Shown in pieces: positions 1-8,188 of a DNA stretch of 47,185 bases. Position 1 is the stretch's first letter; every line of letters begins with the position of its first letter. Source of the DNA: Verrucomicrobiales bacterium (GTDB lineage: Bacteria > Verrucomicrobiota > Verrucomicrobiia > Verrucomicrobiales > V1-33); assembly GCA_031411295.1 (NCBI GenBank), contig JANOAV010000213.1, forward strand, positions 1 through 47,185. Reading direction: 5' to 3'. A model generated the notes under the pieces. That model saw only the letters and a program-made list of their open reading frames with translations, did no database searches and had not been told where the DNA came from. The translations under genes were made by a program, and so were the position numbers.

Positions 1-186
1 CCGCCATTGCGTCAGGCAAGTGCATAACGAGATCCATTCTAGGCCAGTGGTGATGGCGGACAGAGTCACGCCACTCCCAGTTAGGATGCGCGGTTTGTTG
101 CGATGCTCGCTCTGGGCTGAGCGAGGGCGCTCCCCCTACAGTTGTAACATGTTCTCAAACTCACCCCGTAGGTTTCCCCATTAGCC

Positions 187-1320
187 TCATGGCTGCTTCA
201 GCGCCTTCACTTTCAAAAAGCGCTCGAAGAATCCATAGAGTAGCGCATTGGAATTGTCATCTGGGTCATGCTGCGGTCGATTCGTCATCGCGACTCGATT
301 CGAGAATCCCAGCAGCTGATTTAACTTCAGCGCATTGTTCAGCGGGATCCAGCGGGACGGTTGGTCTTCGGCACCACCGGAGACCAGAAACGGTCGTGGG
401 GCAATTAACGCGTGGAGTTCATGCAAGTCCTTCCCCGCAGCCATCAGCTTGGCATAGGCTCCGGTGCGCGGGTTGTCTGCGTTGGGCAGGCCGGGCTTGC
501 GGGTGCGCGTGGCATCCAGGCCGAGATACCATGGCTCCCAGTAGTTTACATTGGATCGTTTTTCATCGAAGACGATCCCGGGATCACTAACAGCCACACA
601 GGCGAACTTGTCCCACAAGGCTGCGGAAAACAGCGCCCACTTGCCACCATAGCTGTGTCCCACCACGCCGATACGTTCCTTGTCAACGTTGGGCAGATTG
701 GCTAGAAGGTGCCAGCAATTCGCAGCCACGTAGGCATGGAATGAAAGTGGCTGGCAGGGCGCACCGCCAAGTTCCGGCTTCCACGCATTGCCTCCAGGCG
801 AACCGATCGACAGGGTGACGAACCCACGACGGGCCAGCTCCAGGCCAAAATCCTTGTGGGACTTAGCGGGCGCGGCAGGAGCCAGCCCCACACTCGTCTC
901 CGGCTCGTAGTAAACGACGAGCACTGCGGGCATGGGTTCCTTTCCCTCTGGGATCAGCAGCCAGCCTTCGCCAGTTTGCCCGGGGGCAATGGACAGCCGC
1001 ACCCGACGCTGCGTGAAGTTCTCGCGCTGCGTTTCAGCCAGGGTTTCCACCGATGGTTTTTCAATGATGGGCGGCCAGGCCCCCATCACGCCATGCCAGT
1101 CGCGCAGGATCTCGGCACGACGACGCGTCCAATCCGCTGGCGTGGCCACCTTCGAACCATCATTGAATAGCAAAGGCGAACGATAGTCCCCCAGCAGATT
1201 CGCAAACTCCGCTGGAGGTTGGAAAAACGGCTCCAGTGAAACAGGCGCAGCGGTGGCAAGTTCACTCCGAGCGATGCACGTGGCGGAGAATACGATGAGG
1301 GCAGCTTGGGTGAGGTTCAT
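187..1320 (-). CDS. Secreted alpha/beta hydrolase (dienelactone hydrolase/acetylxylan- or glucuronyl-esterase-like)
   Basis: 377 aa ORF with a signal peptide, nucleophile elbow GHSYGG and the 'DLHELHALIAPRPFLVSGG' segment typical of these PVC esterases. Confidence 0.8.
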   Translation of the reverse strand: MNLTQAALIVFSATCIARSELATAAPVSLEPFFQPPAEFANLLGDYRSPLLFNDGSKVATPADWTRRRAEILRDWHGVMGAWPPIIEKPSVETLAETQRENFTQRRVRLSIAPGQTGEGWLLIPEGKEPMPAVLVVYYEPETSVGLAPAAPAKSHKDFGLELARRGFVTLSIGSPGGNAWKPELGGAPCQPLSFHAYVAANCWHLLANLPNVDKERIGVVGHSYGGKWALFSAALWDKFACVAVSDPGIVFDEKRSNVNYWEPWYLGLDATRTRKPGLPNADNPRTGAYAKLMAAGKDLHELHALIAPRPFLVSGGAEDQPSRWIPLNNALKLNQLLGFSNRVAMTNRPQHDPDDNSNALLYGFFERFLKVKALKQP

Positions 1321-1353
1321 GGGATTCAGTTAAGGACTTTGGGATTCGACCAG

Positions 1354-4143
1354 TCACTTGAGGGACATCAGGTAGGCCACGAGATCGGCTAGTTCATCCC
1401 GGCTGAGCACTTGATCGAGTCCGGCTGGCATCAGGCTGAATTCCCCTGGGGTGATGGATTTCACTGCGGTTAGAACTATTGTAACCTCTGGAGTGGCGAC
1501 TCCGGTGGTGAGGGTCAACTGATTCTTACCTTGATTGCGAATGATCCCGTAAACGCTGCTGCCATCCGTTTTCTGAATCATCACGGGTTCATAGCTGCGC
1601 ACAAAACTGGCGCTGGGAAGAACGATGGACTCCAGCAAATCACGCGGCGTGCGGATGGAACCCACCTTGGTGAGATCAGGGCCTAACCTGCCGCCTTTAT
1701 AGCCGATTTGATGGCACAAGGTGCAACTGGCTTTGTTGCTGGAAAAGACGATGCTGCCCCGCTGCGCATCCCCTTTCGGCATCGCTGTTGCAAGTTCTGC
1801 CAGTTGCTTCTGCTGTGCTGCCCCGCCTGGTTTGGCAGCGTTACGAGACTTGGCGAGGCGGGACTTAACGGGATCAGGAAAATTTGCAAAACACTCGTTC
1901 ACCAGCGCTTCTGAAATCGTGGGCAAGATTCCCAATTTCTCCAATTCGGTGACCACGGTCATCCCCAGTTGCTCGCTTCCTCCTGGCAGAAAGATCTTCA
2001 GCAGCAAGGAACGCTCCAGCACCCCGAGGGTGCCAATCTTGCTAGCAAGCAAGGATAGCGTGGCTTCCGGTAACTTCCATTTACCCAAAGTCTGGGCTGC
2101 CAAGAGGCGCGTTTCCAGATCTTTTGGCTCGTTCAATTGGCGGATGCAGAAGTCCGCTTGGTCTGCGGTTCCGCTGGCGAGGGTTGGGTTCGACAGAAGC
2201 AATAGCCGAATCATGGCGGGCTGCGAGACATTCATGGATGCGGCTCGCAGCGATTCACAGGCATGGTCTTCAGCGTTAAATTTAGCTGCCGCCACGCAAT
2301 CAGCCGCAGCGCGGACTTCGACGGCATCTGGCGAATTCAGTGCGTCCCGCAGCAAAGGGGTCCATTCGGAGGGCCAGGGATTCTGGCCGATTTTCAAGCG
2401 CATGGCGTTGAGCAAATTCTGCCTAGTGGTGGATGCTTTTGATTGCCGCAACAGGGAGCCGAGGTCCGGTAGTAGATCTGGCATCTCGGTGGCATATTCA
2501 TTAATGAGGGTCACGAACATTGTATCTGGTTGCGCTAACAAATGCTGCGCCAGCCAGGTCGTGACCGCCCCCCGCCAGCTTTTGTTGCGTCGGAGTCCAA
2601 AGAAGACGGCCTGGCGCACGCTTGCTTCCGGATGCGCGAGCAGCTGTCCCAGTTCCGCGGGCGTGATTTCATCTGGTCCACATTGTGAGATCGCGATGAT
2701 AGCCATGCGTTGTAATCCCGCGTGCTCTTGTAACGCCAGCGCGTGCAGTGATTTGTGATCCCGGCATTCCATCAACGCAAATATCAGTGCGTGTTCGAGG
2801 AAACGATCCGTGTTAGGGAGTTTGGCGGCCCGGGCCAGAGCGGAGACGATTTTCTCAGAGTCATCCGTTCCTGCTTTAGTGGCCATTCGCGCGCCTAGTT
2901 CCTCAATGGCGGCACGTCGCACATGCAGCTGAGGCGACTGGCTTTGCTCCACCAGCGAGGCGAATTCGGATGGTTGCGCGAGTTTCCATGAGGGTGGGGG
3001 ACAGTTGGGTGGGATTTCCCCGCCCGTCTTCCGTAAACGATAGATTGCGCCCGGCACGTTGGGTTTGGCCAATTGGGAGGTGGGGCAACACAGCTTATAC
3101 CAGCCGCCGGTATCGACTACCAGGATGCTGCCATCCGGTGCTTGCAACACATCCGTAGGATGGAAATCAGGATGGTCCGAAACCAACAAATCCGAGTCCT
3201 CCGTGCGGTAGCTCGCACCCTGCGGAATCAATTTGTGACGACTGACTTTGTGTAAATTAAATTGCGCCACTAGCAAATCGCGCCCATAGCGACACATCCC
3301 TGCCGCCGCCGCCGGGCCCAAGTGGGTCATGGGCGGCAGCAGATCACCAGTGCGAGGATGGCCCTCCAGCACATCGTGTTCCTTGCCCCACACGCCACCG
3401 AGAACCGCATGAATGATGCCATCGCGTTTGCCATCCGCTGGTTGTTGCAGAAACGTCCCCGAGACCATGAGATCGCCCTCCGGAGTCCACGCCACGCCTA
3501 CCGGATTGTCCATGCCTGCCGTGAACACACAGTCGAATTGCGTGCCGTCTGGTTTCATGCGGAAGACATGGCTGGCCCGGCTGGTCCACTGGGGTTTCGC
3601 TGGTAAATCATGAGTCTGTTCAGCGAACGCGCCCTTGCACCAATAAATCAATCCGTCCGGCCCCAGATAAGGGCCGTGGAGATCATTGGCGCAGCCGGTT
3701 AGGGTTTTGCCGTCATACCAGATCTCGCGCTTTTCAGCTACGCCATCGTCATCCGCATCGGTGAATTTCCAAATCTGGGGAGGCGCAGCCACATAGACTG
3801 AACCCTCATGGCAGAGCACCCCTTCGGGAAACATCAGCCCGTCTGCGAACACAGATTTCTCATCATAGATACCATCGTGATTGGTGTCTGTCAGTTGCAG
3901 CAATCGATGCGGTTTCTTTTCGAGTTGCTGCTCTGCGGGTTCATTGGAGCCGGAGGACTCGCTAACGTAGAGTCTGCCCTTGGCATCGAAATCCGCTTCA
4001 ATGGGGCGTTCCACCAGCGCAGCGGGCACTGCCACCTCCAGCGTGTAGCCATCCGCCACCTGAAACCGACGGTCATTGAAGGAATACTCTTTGGCCATGC
4101 CGGAGAGGGCAAGCAAGAGGAAGGCGAGCGCGGTGAATTTCAT
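1354..4143 (-). CDS. PVC-type heme-binding CxxCH protein (beta-propeller + HEAT-like repeats + C-terminal cytochrome c)
   Basis: Start chosen at MKFTALAFLLL (signal peptide). Propeller motifs (FADGLMFPEG, GPDGLIYW, DTGGWY), CTLCH heme motif followed by GPDLT and SLMPAGL. Confidence 0.9.
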   Translation of the reverse strand: MKFTALAFLLLALSGMAKEYSFNDRRFQVADGYTLEVAVPAALVERPIEADFDAKGRLYVSESSGSNEPAEQQLEKKPHRLLQLTDTNHDGIYDEKSVFADGLMFPEGVLCHEGSVYVAAPPQIWKFTDADDDGVAEKREIWYDGKTLTGCANDLHGPYLGPDGLIYWCKGAFAEQTHDLPAKPQWTSRASHVFRMKPDGTQFDCVFTAGMDNPVGVAWTPEGDLMVSGTFLQQPADGKRDGIIHAVLGGVWGKEHDVLEGHPRTGDLLPPMTHLGPAAAAGMCRYGRDLLVAQFNLHKVSRHKLIPQGASYRTEDSDLLVSDHPDFHPTDVLQAPDGSILVVDTGGWYKLCCPTSQLAKPNVPGAIYRLRKTGGEIPPNCPPPSWKLAQPSEFASLVEQSQSPQLHVRRAAIEELGARMATKAGTDDSEKIVSALARAAKLPNTDRFLEHALIFALMECRDHKSLHALALQEHAGLQRMAIIAISQCGPDEITPAELGQLLAHPEASVRQAVFFGLRRNKSWRGAVTTWLAQHLLAQPDTMFVTLINEYATEMPDLLPDLGSLLRQSKASTTRQNLLNAMRLKIGQNPWPSEWTPLLRDALNSPDAVEVRAAADCVAAAKFNAEDHACESLRAASMNVSQPAMIRLLLLSNPTLASGTADQADFCIRQLNEPKDLETRLLAAQTLGKWKLPEATLSLLASKIGTLGVLERSLLLKIFLPGGSEQLGMTVVTELEKLGILPTISEALVNECFANFPDPVKSRLAKSRNAAKPGGAAQQKQLAELATAMPKGDAQRGSIVFSSNKASCTLCHQIGYKGGRLGPDLTKVGSIRTPRDLLESIVLPSASFVRSYEPVMIQKTDGSSVYGIIRNQGKNQLTLTTGVATPEVTIVLTAVKSITPGEFSLMPAGLDQVLSRDELADLVAYLMSLK

Positions 4144-4261
4144 GGAGACGGAGTTTGTCCTGCTGATAGCGGAAAGCAATCCCCACGCCCACGTAAATTA
4201 GCTGGTGGCTACGGCATTGCGTCAGTAGGAACGCGGGGATGGATCGCAGTATCATTGCGAA

Positions 4262-5737
4262 ATGAAAACCCGTCGCCAACTTCTCGCTACTACCCCAGGT
4301 CTGGCCGCTTGGGCTGCACTGGGGGCTGATGCCAATGCCCCGAGTTCCCGCATCCAACAGGAGAACGCCCTGGCTGGCACCACGGATTGGATGCTGGAGA
4401 AAACCAGAATTGATCCGGCTACAAAGTATCGTTGCCCTTGGATCGAAGGCTATGCGTCGCATCAGAGTATCGCGGCAGGGGAGACCGTGGAGTTCTTCGT
4501 GAGCACGAATCCCGCCTCGGAGTTCACGCTGGAAATCTATCGGCTGGGATACTACGGCGGCAAGGGAGGTCGCCTGATGGAGCGTCTGGGCCCCTTTCCA
4601 GGCAAGGTGCAGGCGGATCCGCCGATTGCTGAGAAGCGCTTGCGCAACTGTGCCTGGCAAGTTTCCACCTCGTGGAAAGTTCCTGCAACGGCAGTTAGTG
4701 GTGTGTATGTCGGCAAGCTGACAGCTCGCGAGGGAGGCTGGCAGAGTTATGTTATCTTCATTGTAAAGGATGCGCGCAAGACAGACTACCTGTTCCAATG
4801 CAGCGACCACACTTGGCAGGCGTATAACCGCTGGCCCAGCCAGTTCGCGCTGTATGATGATGGGAAGTCTGAATGGTATTGGGGGAAGGATGTGCAGGTG
4901 AGTTTCAATCGGCCCTACGGGAAATATTGTCAGATCCTGGATCAACCACTGTCCACGGGCTCGGGCGAGTTTTTCCTGTGGGAGTTCCCCTTCGTATTCT
5001 GGCTTGAAGAGCACGGGTATGATGTGTCCTACATTACCAATACCGACACCCATCACGACGGCCCTGGACTGCGGCGGGCCAAGGAATTGCTGTCGGTCGG
5101 GCATGATGAATATTGGACTGGGCAAATGTTTACAAACGTGCAGGCTGCCGTTGCTGATGGAGTGAGCGTAGGCTTCTTTTCTGGCAACGCGGTCTGTGGC
5201 AAGGTGCGGTGGGCCCCGATGACCCGAGCGTTCGAGCGCATTGGTGTCTTCGGGCCACCCGGCGGAACCATTGAATTTGCCGCCATGAGCGGGCTCGCTC
5301 ACGAGCGTCCCTACGCCAACGAACTGATCGGCGCGCACAGCACCGGGCCAGTGACAGGTGGAGCGGATTGGATCTGCGTGCAGCCAGAGCACTGGGTGTT
5401 TGCGGGCACGGGAATGAAGGCTGGAGAAGGCATTCCCGGCTTGGTGGGGTGGGAATGGCATGGCGATCCAGCGCCCATTCCTGGACTGGAAATCCTCGCC
5501 ACTGGGCCCACGCAGAGTGCCCCGGGTAAGCCGAACGGAGGAAAGTTTACAGCGACGATTTACCCGGGACCCAAAGGAAATTTCGTCTTCAATGCGGCCA
5601 CTTGCTGGTGGGCGGATGGGCTTTCGGCACCACCAGGATACGTGCGTCCCAGCGTTTACACCTCCCCTCAGGGGCCCGATGCCCGGGCGCAACGGATCAC
5701 GCAGAATGTGCTGGAGCGGATGCTGCGTGGGGTTTAG
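4262..5737 (+). CDS. N,N-dimethylformamidase beta-subunit family domain protein, probable Tat substrate
   Basis: TRRQLL twin-arginine-like leader; motifs IEGYAS, IYRLGYYGG, TWQAYN, VSFNRPY, LSVGHDEYW. Confidence 0.85.
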   Translation: MKTRRQLLATTPGLAAWAALGADANAPSSRIQQENALAGTTDWMLEKTRIDPATKYRCPWIEGYASHQSIAAGETVEFFVSTNPASEFTLEIYRLGYYGGKGGRLMERLGPFPGKVQADPPIAEKRLRNCAWQVSTSWKVPATAVSGVYVGKLTAREGGWQSYVIFIVKDARKTDYLFQCSDHTWQAYNRWPSQFALYDDGKSEWYWGKDVQVSFNRPYGKYCQILDQPLSTGSGEFFLWEFPFVFWLEEHGYDVSYITNTDTHHDGPGLRRAKELLSVGHDEYWTGQMFTNVQAAVADGVSVGFFSGNAVCGKVRWAPMTRAFERIGVFGPPGGTIEFAAMSGLAHERPYANELIGAHSTGPVTGGADWICVQPEHWVFAGTGMKAGEGIPGLVGWEWHGDPAPIPGLEILATGPTQSAPGKPNGGKFTATIYPGPKGNFVFNAATCWWADGLSAPPGYVRPSVYTSPQGPDARAQRITQNVLERMLRGV

Positions 5738-6132
5738 AGTTCCTCCCGCAGCTTCAGCCCCGGGATGTCACGGAAATGCTTATCTGGAGACACTAGCACG
5801 GCTCCAACATGCATGGCGCACCGGGCGATGATGATATCCGTCAATGGTTTGCCACCCGCCCCGGAGCGATCCATAGCCCAGGCTAGATCCGCCACGGTTT
5901 GCCACATGCGGGCGTTCACGGGCACTTCCGGAATGATGTTAAAAAATGCAGTCATTTCCCCCTTCAAGCGCTGGGTCTTGAATCCCCGCAGCACCTCCGC
6001 CCGGACCACGCCGCAACTGTAAAGCAGTCCGTTTGCCAAATACGGCATCAATTCCTGCCGGATGTCCTTTCCCGCCCGCAGGTGGTCGATATACACCGAA
6101 GAATCCACGATGATAGGATCAGAAAATTCCAT
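5734..6132 (-). CDS. vapC: PIN-domain toxin (VapC family)
   Basis: IIVDSSVYID, AEVLRG, TDIIIA and DKHF carry the acidic PIN residues; it lies 2 bp downstream of the antitoxin gene. Confidence 0.9.
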   Translation of the reverse strand: MEFSDPIIVDSSVYIDHLRAGKDIRQELMPYLANGLLYSCGVVRAEVLRGFKTQRLKGEMTAFFNIIPEVPVNARMWQTVADLAWAMDRSGAGGKPLTDIIIARCAMHVGAVLVSPDKHFRDIPGLKLREEL

Positions 6133-6134
6133 CG

Positions 6135-6368
6135 TTAGTCTCCCTTCGTGTAACGCACCCCCCGACGCAGAGCCTGCACATCATAGTCAGGATCAATCGC
6201 GTCTTGCAGCACCGAAGCGGACCAAGGATTCGCCTGAATGTGCCGCATGACGGCCAAGCGTTCCGCCTCCGTCAGAGCCCAATCAATGGCCTCCTTACGG
6301 GTTTTGAAGCCCATGGACTTCATAATATTCTCGAGTTTTTCGTCGTCGAGTTCGATGGTTGTTTTCAT
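6135..6368 (-). CDS. vapB: VapB-type antitoxin (ribbon-helix-helix-like N-terminus)
   Basis: 77 aa starting MKTTIELDDEKL...TRKEAIDWAL; directly upstream of the PIN toxin. Start trimmed from the longer track ORF. Confidence 0.85.
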   Translation of the reverse strand: MKTTIELDDEKLENIMKSMGFKTRKEAIDWALTEAERLAVMRHIQANPWSASVLQDAIDPDYDVQALRRGVRYTKGD

Positions 6369-6403
6369 ATGGGAATATTTACGGCCATACCGCCCATACG
6401 CAA
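6368..6403 (-). promoter_or_regulatory. Putative vapBC promoter/operator
   Basis: Minus strand reads TTGCGT-16nt-TAAATA-7nt-ATG; inverted repeat TATGGG (6368-6373)/CCCATA (6393-6398) brackets the -10 box and spacer. Confidence 0.5.
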
Positions 6404-6567
6404 GTTCATTTCCCGATTTTATGAAATCATCATTCGTTAGAATAAATGATCTGCCGAAACAGTCGAAGTGGGTTACTGGTGAACTTACCAAGCGGCATGA
6501 AATCCTCCTAATAACAGGCAGCGACTGATCGTCTAAGTGGTAACTACCGATTGCAGCTACCACTTTG

Positions 6568-7956
6568 ATGAAACTTACCAACCTGAAATCGATCCCGCTT
6601 TACTGGCTTCACCAAAATCTCAAATGGAAGTCGTTAGCATTACTCATCAGCGTCTTGATAGCTAGCGTGATGCTGGCTGCTGGAATACAGCAGTTCCGCA
6701 AACTAACATTCATGAACCCTAGATTTAGCGATGCTGGCGAAGGGGAGGGACGCGTAAAACTGGATGCCATAACGCTGGTAAAGTTGGAAGGTTTGCGTGA
6801 TAAAATCAGGCATCGCATACCTCAATTTGAAACGGGAAGTGCCAAGGAGTTCTCGCTCCCGGACGTTCAAGTCATGAGGGGACCAATTTGCCGTTTCCCC
6901 GTGGCTGATCCGAAAACTCCGGTTGAGGACAAGCGCATCGGCTTTATTTCTCATCTTCCTCCGCTCATCCGCGCCAGATGCAGCCCGCAAACTCGGGCTG
7001 ATGCAATAATAAAGAACGGCGGTTCCATGGCTTCAGAAGGTGCGGTTGAGAAAACGCTCGTTTGGCTGAGAACCCATCAGCATCCAGACGGTAGCTGGGG
7101 GCGGCATGCTCAGGGAGGCACTACCGGCCTAGCGCTCTTATGCTTTCTGGCGCATTGCGAAACACCGGATAGCCCGACCAATGGAGCCTGTGTGCTGGCT
7201 GGAGCAACGTTTCTGATCGATTTGGCTGGAAAGCACCAAGGGCGTTTTTCGGCTGCCCCTGAGGATCAGCCGTTAGCGCGTCAGGAGCATGCCCTCGGCA
7301 TGATTGCCATCAGTGAACTGTATAAATTTGCCAAATTGGGAACAACCCTGATACCCCGCCTCAGAGAGTCTCTGGAAGAGGGCGCGGAAATGCTGCAGCA
7401 CCGTGATTTGACCATTAGCGGTTGGCGGGACGCCAGCGCAGACGGAGTTGAATTCGAAACGATGATCCTGCAACTCGAAGCCTTCAGAGCTCTCGTCAGC
7501 TTAAGGCTGCCGATCAAGTCCACTGGCAGAGCAGTTTTTCTCAAGTATTACGATCGGGGAAAGGAGCTTGCGGACGGTCCCGCTCCATTGGATAAGACGT
7601 TGCTCGACTGCCTGTTGCGGGAGCAATTTGCGGCCGACCCTCTGCATGAGAACCGAAAAACATCGCAATTCAAACAACTGCTCGATCAGCCGATTTCTTG
7701 GGCGGACAGCGAGAGATTGCCGGCCTGGACCTGGATGACTGGTCTTTGTTTTCAGGAGGGTGGGGCCATTTGGGAGCAGTGGCAAAACTCTTGCATCCAC
7801 GAAATTTTGACCCAACAAAAGCTAGATGGTTCCTACGTCGGAAAACCTGGAGCAGCAGCGCTCACCAGCACCTCGGAGGAGGATGACGCGATTGCGCGTG
7901 CCTGTTATGCCACGCTGATCTTGGAAACGTATTATCGGCACCAACGCCGGGACTAG
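6568..7956 (+). CDS. Membrane-anchored prenyltransferase/squalene oxidase (QW) repeat protein
   Basis: N-terminal TM segment; LVWLRTHQHPDGSW, TGLALLCFLAH, QQKLDGSY and C-terminal LILETYYR. Confidence 0.75.
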   Translation: MKLTNLKSIPLYWLHQNLKWKSLALLISVLIASVMLAAGIQQFRKLTFMNPRFSDAGEGEGRVKLDAITLVKLEGLRDKIRHRIPQFETGSAKEFSLPDVQVMRGPICRFPVADPKTPVEDKRIGFISHLPPLIRARCSPQTRADAIIKNGGSMASEGAVEKTLVWLRTHQHPDGSWGRHAQGGTTGLALLCFLAHCETPDSPTNGACVLAGATFLIDLAGKHQGRFSAAPEDQPLARQEHALGMIAISELYKFAKLGTTLIPRLRESLEEGAEMLQHRDLTISGWRDASADGVEFETMILQLEAFRALVSLRLPIKSTGRAVFLKYYDRGKELADGPAPLDKTLLDCLLREQFAADPLHENRKTSQFKQLLDQPISWADSERLPAWTWMTGLCFQEGGAIWEQWQNSCIHEILTQQKLDGSYVGKPGAAALTSTSEEDDAIARACYATLILETYYRHQRRD

Positions 7957-8007
7957 TGAGATGCCATTCAGTGCGCTGTTACGGAATCTTACCACGAGGC
8001 CGCGGCG

Positions 8008-8086
8008 GATCCATGCTCCAGGCTAGATCTGCCGCGGTCTGCCACCTGCGGGCGTTGACGGGCTCATCGGGAATGATGGTAAAGAA
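8008..8086 (-). pseudogene. Degenerate internal fragment of a vapC paralog
   Basis: 66/79 nt identical by manual alignment to 5868-5946. Translates to FFTIIPDEPVNARRWQTAADLAWSMD versus VapC FFNIIPEVPVNARMWQTVADLAWAMD. Confidence 0.9.
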
Positions 8087-8188
8087 GCGACAGTTTGTCA
8101 GAATAAATTAGCTACCGAAACCGTCGAAGTTGGTTTACTGGCATCCAAAGGGCTTGCCCCTTCCCTGAAAACTCTCCAAACTCAACGC

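Noticed and set aside
4073..5692. 539-aa antisense ORF and other long shadow ORFs (1721..2758, 36002..36856, 40134..41303, 45277..46221)
   Set aside because: They overlap well-supported genes on the opposite strand, show no recognisable motifs and are expected in GC-rich coding DNA.
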